DNA from: Actinomycetota bacterium
Lineage (GTDB): Bacteria > Actinomycetota > Geothermincolia > Geothermincolales > RBG-13-55-18
Direction of reading: 5' to 3'
DNA: 64,000 bases
NCBI GenBank assembly: GCA_016931915.1
Contig: JAFGDU010000098.1
Span: 1,728 to 65,727 of the forward strand
The notes beneath the pieces are model-generated. The model did no database searches. It had not been told where the DNA came from and was given only the letters and a program-made list of their open reading frames with translations. Below are positions 1-8,864 of this stretch, piece after piece (position 1 is the first letter of the stretch; every line of letters starts with the position of its first letter). Made by a program: the position numbers and the translations under genes.

Positions 1-720
1 GTGCATTATCGCGTCTATCTCGCGCGGACCGGTGAAGACCATACGCCTGCCGGTGACCGTATCGGTGATCACTCCTTCCTCGAGATCCCACGCGTATTCC
101 TTGAGGTCTAGCGGGACATCACATTGCGGACATCTTTCATGCTTCACATCGCCTGGTTTTATGGGATATCTTTCCATATCCAGGCGGGAGACCAACTCCT
201 CGTACTCCTTGCCGCGCGCCACTGTGACCACATACCCGTTTTCCTTCTCCTCTATGCGCAGATCGGCGGGTATCCCCTCCACGAAGTTGAATACGGCGAT
301 GAGATCCCCGCTGAACAGGGAAAGGGAGTAGACGTTGCGGCAGTATACCTTGATGTATTCCCGTTTCTTGAACTCGAGGAGTTCGTAATGGCCCAGGCCA
401 AATATGGCGCCGATATCGGCAGTGCTCTGGTAGACCTTGCCGCGGAAAGCACGCAGCAACGCGCGCTTATAGCCGGGATAGATATTCTGGATATATTCCA
501 GGGACCCCTTGCGCTTTCCCTCTACGATGATACGGTCGAGCGGCAGGCCTACGAGCTCTTCCACCCTTGCGAACAACTTGTCCAGCCCATCAGCCTCGTA
601 GAAGAACACGCGATGGTCCGGGTTCCTCGCCTGGGTTATGGTTCCATCGTCGTTCCAGACATTTCCCCTGGCGAAATCCCTGGGTATCCCACAATAAGGA
701 CAACGTTTTATTCTGCTCAT
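1..720 (-). CDS. hypothetical protein with two CxxC zinc-ribbon-like motifs (3-prime end runs off the window)
   Basis: Not in the supplied ORF track. Plus-strand triplets 1-720 contain no tta/cta/tca, so the reverse frame is open for 240 codons from ATG 720-718. GGAGGG lies 5 nt upstream. Translation MSRIKRCPYCGIPRDF...HERCPQCDVPLD has protein-like composition. The competing + ORF 124..774 looks like an antisense shadow. Confidence 0.6.
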   Translation of the reverse strand, partial: MSRIKRCPYCGIPRDFARGNVWNDDGTITQARNPDHRVFFYEADGLDKLFARVEELVGLPLDRIIVEGKRKGSLEYIQNIYPGYKRALLRAFRGKVYQSTADIGAIFGLGHYELLEFKKREYIKVYCRNVYSLSLFSGDLIAVFNFVEGIPADLRIEEKENGYVVTVARGKEYEELVSRLDMERYPIKPGDVKHERCPQCDVPLDLKEYAWDLEEGVITDTVTGRRMVFTGPREIDAIMH

Positions 721-942
721 GATCGCCCTCCGCACTCTCGTTCTTTGCGCTGCCAGACCCTGTCAAGCTCTTAACCGCCTTGCTGAAGCGACCGCATAGC
801 ATTGAGACATGCTGCCCTTATACCCCCGGGGCCGAGAGATTAAACCGTCCCGCCATCATCTTGCCCACAAACATAGAGAGGCAGCAGACGCGAGAAGTCC
901 CGCATCAAAGCAACGTACATGAATGGGAATGCTCCATATGCG

Positions 943-1569
943 TTACTTGATGACGGGGGAAGCATCCGGATCCAGGGGATTCATCCTTATGGCGAGCGAG
1001 AAAAGATATGGGTAGTTGGTTCTGAGGTGCTCGAGGTAGACAAGCCACTCTCGCAGCAACAGCTTATATGACCTGGCGATATCGCCGCACAGGTGTTCGT
1101 GGTCCGCGTCCGGCAGGTCGGCGATGGCATACCTGTATTTCAACTCCTCGGTGAGGTGGAAGACGGCCCAGAGGAGGTCGGTGAAGGTCTCGTGCTCGAG
1201 CAGGGTGGGGTTCTCGAGCAGGGTCAGCAGGAAGTCCCTCTTAGAGAGCAGGAACTCGCGCATATCCTCGAGCTGAACGTCGTCCCGCCCGATGGAGCAT
1301 TCGTACTCGGCGATCCTGCCGGCGGCATCTCTGAAATCCTCGCTGCTCCACCCCGCATCCGCCTGCAGGCATTCCTTGATCCGCTGACAGGTCGCGTCGA
1401 ACTCAGCCAGGGAATGCAACAGCTGCATCCCCATCTCGCTGAAGAAAGCCCCGATCACCATGTTCAGCTTCTCCATGCGGTTGCGCTTCTCGCGCATATC
1501 CAGGACGCGGTGGACGATAAGGGTCACCAGCAGCACCTCTACCGGCAGGAACGCGATGTCTCCCAGCAT
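943..1569 (-). CDS. hypothetical membrane-associated protein; true N-terminus probably upstream (frame open to 1707)
   Basis: 208-aa ORF. The upstream in-frame extension encodes a further hydrophobic helix (WYVLLGASLILLTIVLYLIHYAIF) but contains no ATG/GTG/TTG. GGAGGG at 1719-1714 lies 9 nt before an ATC codon (1704-1702). Confidence 0.55.
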   Translation of the reverse strand: MLGDIAFLPVEVLLVTLIVHRVLDMREKRNRMEKLNMVIGAFFSEMGMQLLHSLAEFDATCQRIKECLQADAGWSSEDFRDAAGRIAEYECSIGRDDVQLEDMREFLLSKRDFLLTLLENPTLLEHETFTDLLWAVFHLTEELKYRYAIADLPDADHEHLCGDIARSYKLLLREWLVYLEHLRTNYPYLFSLAIRMNPLDPDASPVIK

Positions 1570-1986
1570 GTAGATCCATATATGGTGGGCGTCCCGGAAG
1601 ATGGCGTAGTGGATGAGGTAGAGGACGATGGTGAGCAGGATCAGGGATGCCCCGAGAAGGACATACCAGTTGCGGTACCACTTATCTTCTCTCTCGAAAT
1701 CGATAGGTCATCACCCTCCACAATCCTACGGGCACAAGCACCCTGCGGGCGCAAGTAGATGAACCTTAGTCCAGTTAAGATTTTATACTACTTTCGAGGC
1801 GGCGCAGATAATCTTCGTCACCCCACCGCAAGGCATATAGAAAGCTTCGAACTCGACCTCACGCTTGCCGGGAGATAATATAGATAAACAAATTAAAGTC
1901 TCGGCACGTTTCTGCTTCGCGTCTTTATGCATACTCTGAGAGCGAGTGACGGGCGCTGATGCAGTCAGGTATCTTGGGAGGGAGAT

Positions 1987-3675
1987 ATGCAGGAATACGA
2001 CGTCGTAATCGTGGGGGCGGGTTTCGGAGGGCCCGTGGCGGCAAAAAAGTGCGCCGATGCGGGCTTGAGGACCCTGATGATCGAGAGGTCCGAGAAGGTC
2101 GGCGAGAAGGTTATCTCAGGCCTGACCATTCCATTCTACGGTTTTCTGTTCGGGCCGGCCTTCATACGCGACGGCAATCCGCCTATCGAAAGGCCCGTTG
2201 ACGGGATCATCAACTATATAATCACGGACATCGATGCCGGCGAGATACATATCGAGGATTCCCTGCGCATACCAAAACCGCTCTCCCCCGTCATCGGCTT
2301 CGGCTACAACGCCTACTGTCAGCCCTTCTGTCAGTGGGAGGCGGAGAAGGCGGTCGAGGCCGGAGCGGAGCTGCGCACCTCGACCACGGTTGTAGACGTG
2401 CTGCGCGAAGACGGGAGGATAGCGGGCGTGAGGACGGATAAAGGGGAGGAGATCCGGGCGCGTATAGTCCTCGACGCCGAGGGCTCCCAGGGGCTGCTGG
2501 CGGTGAAGACGGGGGTGAGGGAGAAGTATCCCCCCGAGGTCATCTCGCTGGCCGATATCTACGACTACGAGATCGACAAGGATGAGCTCGACGAACTCAT
2601 GGGACATACCCTGCGTTTCTGCTGGGGATGGGATGAACAGAGGCTCGCCCCTCCCCTGGGCCAGGGCAACGGCCTCATGGTGTGGCCGTACCGCAACAGC
2701 ATACATTTCATGCAGGACCAGTGCCTGCGACTGAAAGACGGAGAGGTACCCAACCTGAGAAAGCTCTTCGAGGAATATCACGAGAACATAACCACCAGGC
2801 TTCCCTGGTGGAAGGAGGAGGTAGCCCCCCGCATCAAGCTGCGCGCGCGCATTTGGGAGGGGTTCGAGATCTTCGTCGGGCTGGACCGCGAGCTGCGCGA
2901 GATGCCAAATCATACTGACGGTATGATACTCATCGGCGATGCCGCGGGGCTGGAGAGCACGGAGTTGTGCGACGGCGTGCCGGCTGCCTGGTTCTCAGCC
3001 GATATCGCCGCCGACGTGGCCATCGAGGCCCTGCGCGCCGGGGACACCTCGCGGGAGTTCCTCTCCAGGTACGACGAGCGCATCCGCAACCATCCCATCC
3101 TCCAGTGGTCGATAACCGCCACCAACCGCTACAACCTGCGCTTCGCCCAGGAGCACCACGACCTGGAGGAGTTGAAGAAATACGTCCACGACGGCTGGGG
3201 CCTGGGCGGCTTCGCCTCCATGGGCACTCCGCTTGCTGAGACCATCCTGCAGTCGCTCAAGGAGGACCCCACCATCATCACTTCCTGGATCAGGATGTAC
3301 TTCCGCTACTACTTCAACTGGGTATACGAGCGTTTCGACTACAGCGGCGGAAAGGGCGAGCCGCAGCGGGACGCGGCCTCCGAACCCCGCATCGCCCAGA
3401 GCATCTTCCGTGGCGCGCTGAAGGCATGCGACGCCGCCCTGGGGTTGCTCTCTCCCGTAACGCGTGCCGCGGCGGACCTCCTCATGCCCCTGTGCCGCTT
3501 CGCCAACCCGGTGATGAAGGCGTCGCTGCCATTGTTGGAGGCGCTGATGCGAGGCATGGTGAAGATCGAGCCGGTGATGTCTCCAGTAAGCGTGAGGATC
3601 ATAGATTTCGTGCGCCGGGCCGACCCCGAGGTCTTCGACCAGCCCAACGACAACGCTCAGAGAGCGAGGGGATGA
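1987..3675 (+). CDS. FAD-dependent oxidoreductase, FixC / geranylgeranyl-reductase-like, with long C-terminal extension
   Basis: N-terminal dinucleotide fold DVVIVGAGFGGPVAAKK, later LIGDAAG motif. GGGAGG RBS before the ATG. 562 aa. Confidence 0.8.
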   Translation: MQEYDVVIVGAGFGGPVAAKKCADAGLRTLMIERSEKVGEKVISGLTIPFYGFLFGPAFIRDGNPPIERPVDGIINYIITDIDAGEIHIEDSLRIPKPLSPVIGFGYNAYCQPFCQWEAEKAVEAGAELRTSTTVVDVLREDGRIAGVRTDKGEEIRARIVLDAEGSQGLLAVKTGVREKYPPEVISLADIYDYEIDKDELDELMGHTLRFCWGWDEQRLAPPLGQGNGLMVWPYRNSIHFMQDQCLRLKDGEVPNLRKLFEEYHENITTRLPWWKEEVAPRIKLRARIWEGFEIFVGLDRELREMPNHTDGMILIGDAAGLESTELCDGVPAAWFSADIAADVAIEALRAGDTSREFLSRYDERIRNHPILQWSITATNRYNLRFAQEHHDLEELKKYVHDGWGLGGFASMGTPLAETILQSLKEDPTIITSWIRMYFRYYFNWVYERFDYSGGKGEPQRDAASEPRIAQSIFRGALKACDAALGLLSPVTRAAADLLMPLCRFANPVMKASLPLLEALMRGMVKIEPVMSPVSVRIIDFVRRADPEVFDQPNDNAQRARG

Positions 3676-3677
3676 GA

Positions 3678-3947
3678 ATGGCCAGGACATACGAGGAGCT
3701 GCCGGGAGTAGAGTGGGTGGAGGGCGCCGGCGAATTCATCGCGGTGAATGAGGAGAAATGCGACGGCTGCGCCAACTGCGTACGCGTATGCCTGGGGGGA
3801 TGTTACGAGATAGCGAAGAAGAAGGCGCGTATAAAGAGCCTGGATAGATGCATGGAATGCGCCGCCTGCTGGTATGTCTGCCCCAGCGGCGCCATCGAGT
3901 TTTCCTGGCCCCCGGGGGGCACGGGCTTCCGTACCGATTGGGGTTAG
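3678..3947 (+). CDS. FixX-like 4Fe-4S ferredoxin
   Basis: ATG 2 nt after the upstream stop. 89 aa with Cys clusters CDGCANCVRVC and CMECAACWYVCP. Track ORF 3426..3947 trimmed to this internal start. Confidence 0.75.
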   Translation: MARTYEELPGVEWVEGAGEFIAVNEEKCDGCANCVRVCLGGCYEIAKKKARIKSLDRCMECAACWYVCPSGAIEFSWPPGGTGFRTDWG

Positions 3948-3990
3948 ACGGGGACATATACCTGGCCAGGCTCATAGGTGTGTCCTTACC

Positions 3991-4082
3991 GTCATTGCGA
4001 GGAGTCCGCGACGAAGCAATCCCTTTGCAGTCGAAACCGGCATGCCCTTACAGGGGATCGCTTCGCATACGCTCGCGATGAC
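3991..4082. repeat. 92-bp imperfect palindrome (GTCATTGCGAGGAG...CGCTCGCGATGAC) between convergent genes
   Basis: Left arm gtcattgcgaggagtccgcgacgaagcaatccc is matched by the reverse complement of the right arm (gtcatcgcgagcgtatgcgaagcgatccc). It lies between the fixX-like (+) and cheY-like (-) 3-prime ends. Confidence 0.6.
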
Positions 4083-4110
4083 AGAAGATTGGTGTTCGTG
4101 GGGGTAGCGA

Positions 4111-4473
4111 TCAGGGTAGTGCTTTCTTTATGACTTCTATCACCTTATCCGGCTGAAAGGGCTTGGTGATGAAGTCGATCACACCCTCCTCCAGCGCCTC
4201 CAGCATGAGCTGTTTCTCGCCCAGGGCGCTGCAGATGATTATCTTGGCCTGCGGGTTGGTACGCAGAATACTCTTGGCCGCGGCCATGCCATCCATCTCG
4301 GGCATATTGATGTCCATGATTATCAGGTCGGGCTTCCAGCGCTCGTAGGCCCAGATGGCCTCCGCCCCCGTTTCCGCCTCCACGATGGCGCTGTAGCCGT
4401 TCTCGGAGAGGATGTTGCGCAGCATCATGCGCGTAAAAAGCGCGTCGTCCGCGATCAATATGGTGTTCGCCAT
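4111..4473 (-). CDS. single-domain CheY-like response regulator
   Basis: Receiver signature ILIADDA...DLIIMDINMPEMDG...IIICSA...KPF. 120 aa with no output domain. Confidence 0.9.
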   Translation of the reverse strand: MANTILIADDALFTRMMLRNILSENGYSAIVEAETGAEAIWAYERWKPDLIIMDINMPEMDGMAAAKSILRTNPQAKIIICSALGEKQLMLEALEEGVIDFITKPFQPDKVIEVIKKALP

Positions 4474-4606
4474 CTTTTATTACCGGTTCCCCTCGTTACT
4501 CACCAAGCGCCCCGTCCCGACCCTCGTGTCGTGCCGGGGCATCTTTAACCATAATCTTATATGGCCCAGCCTGCAATGTCGCTTAATCTATCGGTTAAAC
4601 ATCCCG

Positions 4607-6619
4607 TCATGTTGAGCTGCCGCCCAGGGTGAACTCGAAACGCGCTCCTGCGTCGTTGTATACCCTTATCTCTCCCCCATAGACATCGACCACTTTCTTG
4701 ACTATGGACAGCCCGATCCCCGTCCCACCCTCCTTACCCTTGAAGAGGGGGTTGAAGATCTTATCCAGGTCCTCGGGGGCGATACCGGACCCGTTGTCCC
4801 ATACCCAGTAGCGGTTCGATCCTTCCCCCGTTTTCTCGCAGCCGATGGTTACGCTCGGCTCCGGGCTGTCGTTATAGGCGAGAGCGTTCGCGATGAGATT
4901 GCTGAAGAGTTGATAGACATGGGTGGGGTCGGCCGCGACCCGGTCCAGGTCCCCGGACAGGACCACCCTCACGCCCATATCCTTGATGGGGCCGGCCTTC
5001 TCCCGCAACACCCTCCTCACGACCTCCTCGACGTCCACCTCCGTCACTTCTTCCGACAGCTGGCCCGCCTGGGCAAGGCTGAGGAGGTCCTCGATAAGCC
5101 GTCGCGAGGAATCGGCGCTGCTTTCGATTATCTCCGCCGCCCGTGCGAGCTGCCTGGCGTTCTCTTCATCGATGGGCCTCTGGAGCATCTCCTGCAGCGC
5201 CCTGCTTGCGGAGATAACGATGGAGACGGGGCCGCGCAGGTCGTGAGAGACCACGTAGGCATAGGCGTCCAGTTCCCTATTTATCCTCTTCAGCTCCTCT
5301 TCCGACCGCTTGGCCTCGGTGATATCCCTGATTATGCTCCCAATCAGATTGCCCTCCCTGGTACTGATGGGGAAGACCACGGACTCGATTATATGGTGCT
5401 GGCCGTCCGGCCGCCGGATCTCGTTCTCGTACGCCTGCCCGAACCATTTCGCTCTTTCCACTCCCCGAGAGTCGAGGATCATCCTCTTCAACGACTCGTA
5501 CATCTGCGGCGTTCTCATCTCCTCCAGGGCGAGGCCGAACTGCACGTCCCAGAGGAACTTGCCCAGTGCCTCCTCACGCTCTATGCCCACAATCCTCTCC
5601 TGGGCGCGGTTCCACTCTACGATCACCCCTTCCCGGTCAACCAGCACGATCCCGTCCGACGATTGCTCCACGATGCCACGGAACTTCTCCTCGCTCTCCA
5701 GGAGGGCCTCCTCGGCTTTCTTGGACTCGGTGACATCCCGGGCTACGTTGGTGAAGGCGATGACCTTTCCTTCCCTGTCGTAGAGGGGCGCTCCGGTCAC
5801 ATCGCCGATGGCCACCGAGCCGTCCCTCCTTATAAAGCGCAGCTCGTCGTTTACCACTTCCCCCTGGTACAACCTCTGGATATCCACCATAGTCCGCTCT
5901 ATATCGTCGGGATGGAGGATGCCCAGCTCCAGCGCGTTGCGTCCCAGGATCTCCTCCTCGGAATAACCTATCAGCTCGCAGGCTATCTTGTTCACGCCGA
6001 TAATCCTCAGCTCGGTGTCGTAGGTATAGATGGCCTCACCGGTGAAATCGTAGATAAGCCGGTACTTCTCCTCACTCTCCCGCAGCGCTTCCTCCATGCC
6101 GCGGTGCTCGATCATCCTCCCCAGGCCATCGGCGATGGCATCTATCAGCACCCTTTCCTCCCTGAGGAAGGGTCCCTCGTCCTTGTCCGGCCTGCGCTCA
6201 CGGTAGTAGACTTCCACCGAACCGGCCATCTCACCGCGGACCCGGATCTCCCTCACCAACCCCCATGAGGTTGCCTCGAAGTCGGCGCTGCGGTACTCGT
6301 CCTGGCCATAGATAATCCTGGCACAGGTTATCTCGGAATAGTGCCACCCCGGGGGCATGAGCTCGACGGTTCCCTGCATTATCTGCCCCGGGTCCAGGTC
6401 CTGCCTCTCCACCAGGCTGGAAAAACCGTACAGGCACGCCAGTTCCTTGACCCTTTCCTCGAGGGCGGACGAGTATTCCCGCAAAGACCTCTGCGTCTCC
6501 TCGTACTGTATAGCCAGGCCGTCGCACTCCTCTTTCTCCCGGGCAAGGGCATCCTCGAGGTCGGCGACGCGGCGGCGCAGCCGCTCCAGCTCCGAGACCA
6601 TATCGGAGTCTTTCTTCAT
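4607..6619 (-). CDS. PAS-domain sensor histidine kinase
   Basis: Coiled-coil N-terminus, repeated PAS-like blocks (SEEKYRLIYD, SEEKFRGIVEQ), H-box SHDLRGP, ATPase boxes NLIANALAY / DNGSGI / GTGIGLSIV. Start set at internal ATG 6619 (MKKDSDM); the ORF is open to 6679. Confidence 0.85.
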   Translation of the reverse strand: MKKDSDMVSELERLRRRVADLEDALAREKEECDGLAIQYEETQRSLREYSSALEERVKELACLYGFSSLVERQDLDPGQIMQGTVELMPPGWHYSEITCARIIYGQDEYRSADFEATSWGLVREIRVRGEMAGSVEVYYRERRPDKDEGPFLREERVLIDAIADGLGRMIEHRGMEEALRESEEKYRLIYDFTGEAIYTYDTELRIIGVNKIACELIGYSEEEILGRNALELGILHPDDIERTMVDIQRLYQGEVVNDELRFIRRDGSVAIGDVTGAPLYDREGKVIAFTNVARDVTESKKAEEALLESEEKFRGIVEQSSDGIVLVDREGVIVEWNRAQERIVGIEREEALGKFLWDVQFGLALEEMRTPQMYESLKRMILDSRGVERAKWFGQAYENEIRRPDGQHHIIESVVFPISTREGNLIGSIIRDITEAKRSEEELKRINRELDAYAYVVSHDLRGPVSIVISASRALQEMLQRPIDEENARQLARAAEIIESSADSSRRLIEDLLSLAQAGQLSEEVTEVDVEEVVRRVLREKAGPIKDMGVRVVLSGDLDRVAADPTHVYQLFSNLIANALAYNDSPEPSVTIGCEKTGEGSNRYWVWDNGSGIAPEDLDKIFNPLFKGKEGGTGIGLSIVKKVVDVYGGEIRVYNDAGARFEFTLGGSST

Positions 6620-6852
6620 TATCCCCGCTCTCCTCCCGCGAAAAATACGAAGGTGATAGTGCATGGCCAAGGCCCGCAATCAAAGCCTTGTTCGTGCAGG
6701 CGATTTCCCCATTTATATCATACCCCCTTCCAGTTATTCACTCTCACTAAACCTTTATGCCATGTATTTTCATCCAGAATAAGGTAAGATTATGTCGAGC
6801 GGCTTTCCTCGCGACAGCAGGTGCGCGAAGACTGTGCGGAGGCCAGGGGCTG

Positions 6853-8787
6853 ATGGATGAAGGTGGAACTCTGAAAGAACAACCCGCAGAACCGGAGCGG
6901 AACTCAGACCTTACCAACCAGCGTGAAAACGCAGGAGAGACGCAAGCGGAGGCGGGTGGGCTATCCACCCCACAAGGTAAGTATCACCGGTTCCTCCTGG
7001 AAAACCCCCTCGACATGTTCACCATCATCGACAGGGAGGGACGAGTGCTCTTCAACAGCCCCTCCACGAAGATGATCATGGGCTACGAACAGGAGGAGCT
7101 CACCGGCAGGAGCGCCTTCGACCTCATCCACCCCGACGATCGCGAGGCCCTGATGGAGATGTTCAGCAGGGGATTAAGCGAAGCGGGGGCGACCGGTTAT
7201 TTCGAATACCGCCACTTACACAAGGATGGTACCTGGCACCTCCTCGAATCCATCGCCAACAACCTGCTGGATGACCCGGAGGTACAGGGCATCGTGGCCA
7301 CCTCCCGAGACATCACCGAGCGCAAGCGCATGGAAGAGGAGTTGAAGCAGCGCGAGGAGTATTTCCGGGCGGTGGTCGAGAACACCGTAGACCTCATCCT
7401 GATCATCGACGCGGACGCGAAGATCAAGTTTGCCAACCGGGCGTCCAGGACCCTGCTCGGCTACGAGCCCGAAGAACTCACGGGCAGGAGCGGCCTGGAT
7501 CTTGTACATCCGGATGAGATCGAGTGGGCAAGCGCCGTGGTGGAAACCGCCGTGCGGGACGACCAGTACTCCCCGCTCCTGGAGGTGCGCGTGCGGCACA
7601 AAGACGGTTCCTGGCTGCACATGGAGGGCATCGGCAAGAACTTCCTCGAGCACCCCGCCGTCGAAGGTATCGTGCTCAGCTTCCGGGACATCACCGACCG
7701 CAAACAAGCGGAGCAAAGCCTGAGGGATTCCGAGGAGATGTACAGATCGCTTGTGGCTGCCTCCCCGGATGCGGTGACCGTTACAGACCTGCAGGGCAAC
7801 ATCACATTCGTGTCGCCGCAGACTCTGCGGCTGCACGGATACGGCAGCGAGGAAGAGCTGCTGGGAAAGAGCGCATTCACCCTCATCGCTCCCGAGGACC
7901 ACGTGAAAGCGGCTGCGGGCCTCGAGGGCACCCTCAAGGAAGGGCGCGTAAGGAACCTTGAGTTCAGGTTTCTGCGCAAGAACGGCACGGTTTTCATGGC
8001 GGAGTTGAACGCGGCTTTGATCAGGAATGCCAACGGGGAACCCCAGAGTTTAATCGCCTATACCCGGGATATCAGCGAGCGTAAGAGGATAGAGAAGGAA
8101 CTGCGGGACCGCAACGAGGAACTGGAGGCCTTCGCCCACACCATCTCACACGACCTCCTCACCCCCGTATCCATAGTGGAGGGATACGCCAAGGCCGCAC
8201 TGGAGGCGGATGCCGAGGGCAGAACCGAGGCGGAGAGGGAGTGCCTGGAGGCCATAGCCAGGGGGGCACGCCGCATGAGCGACCTCATCAACTCCCTGCT
8301 GCAGTACGCCCAGGCCGGACACATGGATTTCGAGAGCCGTGGCGTAGACCCGGAGGAGATACTCATGGAAGTACTCATGGACCTCGAGGAGGATATACGC
8401 TGCAAGGGGGTGGAAGTCTCTGTCCAGAACGAGCTGCCTTGCGTGAAGGTCGACGCCGTCAAGCTGCGCCAGGTCTTGAACAATCTCATCGGCAACGCCA
8501 TCAAGCACATGGGAAACATCCTGGAGCCACAGGTCGAGGTGGGGATGGAGGTGCAGGGCAGGACAGCTACGTTCTTCGTGCGCGACAACGGGATCGGTAT
8601 ACCGGCCGAACTGCAGGAAAAGATCTTCGAGCCCTTCCGGCATTTCTCCCTGGCCGGTTCGCAGGGGCTCGGTATCGGGCTGTCCACCGTCAAACGCGCG
8701 GTGGCCGCATGGGGCGGGATGGTGTGGGTGGAATCCCAGCCCGGCGCGGGAGCCGCGTTCTTCTTCACCGCCCCCCTGGTCGAATAA
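6853..8787 (+). CDS. multi-PAS sensor histidine kinase
   Basis: Several PAS-like repeats (DITERKRMEEEL, DITDRKQAEQSL, DISERKRIEKEL linkers), H-box SHDLLTP, NLIGNAIKH / DNGIGI / GLGIGLSTV. Start at ATG 6853 after GGAGG; the ORF is open from 6757. Confidence 0.85.
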   Translation: MDEGGTLKEQPAEPERNSDLTNQRENAGETQAEAGGLSTPQGKYHRFLLENPLDMFTIIDREGRVLFNSPSTKMIMGYEQEELTGRSAFDLIHPDDREALMEMFSRGLSEAGATGYFEYRHLHKDGTWHLLESIANNLLDDPEVQGIVATSRDITERKRMEEELKQREEYFRAVVENTVDLILIIDADAKIKFANRASRTLLGYEPEELTGRSGLDLVHPDEIEWASAVVETAVRDDQYSPLLEVRVRHKDGSWLHMEGIGKNFLEHPAVEGIVLSFRDITDRKQAEQSLRDSEEMYRSLVAASPDAVTVTDLQGNITFVSPQTLRLHGYGSEEELLGKSAFTLIAPEDHVKAAAGLEGTLKEGRVRNLEFRFLRKNGTVFMAELNAALIRNANGEPQSLIAYTRDISERKRIEKELRDRNEELEAFAHTISHDLLTPVSIVEGYAKAALEADAEGRTEAERECLEAIARGARRMSDLINSLLQYAQAGHMDFESRGVDPEEILMEVLMDLEEDIRCKGVEVSVQNELPCVKVDAVKLRQVLNNLIGNAIKHMGNILEPQVEVGMEVQGRTATFFVRDNGIGIPAELQEKIFEPFRHFSLAGSQGLGIGLSTVKRAVAAWGGMVWVESQPGAGAAFFFTAPLVE

Positions 8788-8802
8788 ACCCGCCTTTGCG
8801 AT

Positions 8803-8820
8803 GGGGCCAGCCGTTCAATC
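8803..8820. repeat. solo remnant of family B terminal inverted repeat
   Basis: GGGGCCAGCCGTTCAATC matches 17 of the first 18 nt of the family B TIR (GGGGTCAGCCGTTCAATC). No partner arm nearby. Confidence 0.45.
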
Positions 8821-8864
8821 TATAATGAATTGGCGGGTATCGGATCTTTTGGAGGTGATGCGTC

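Noticed and set aside
124-774. 216-aa + strand ORF from the supplied track
   Set aside because: It lies antisense to a fully open 240-codon minus-strand frame with a strong RBS and protein-like sequence (CPYCG/CPQCD motifs). The + ORF has no RBS and odd composition, so I treat it as a shadow ORF.
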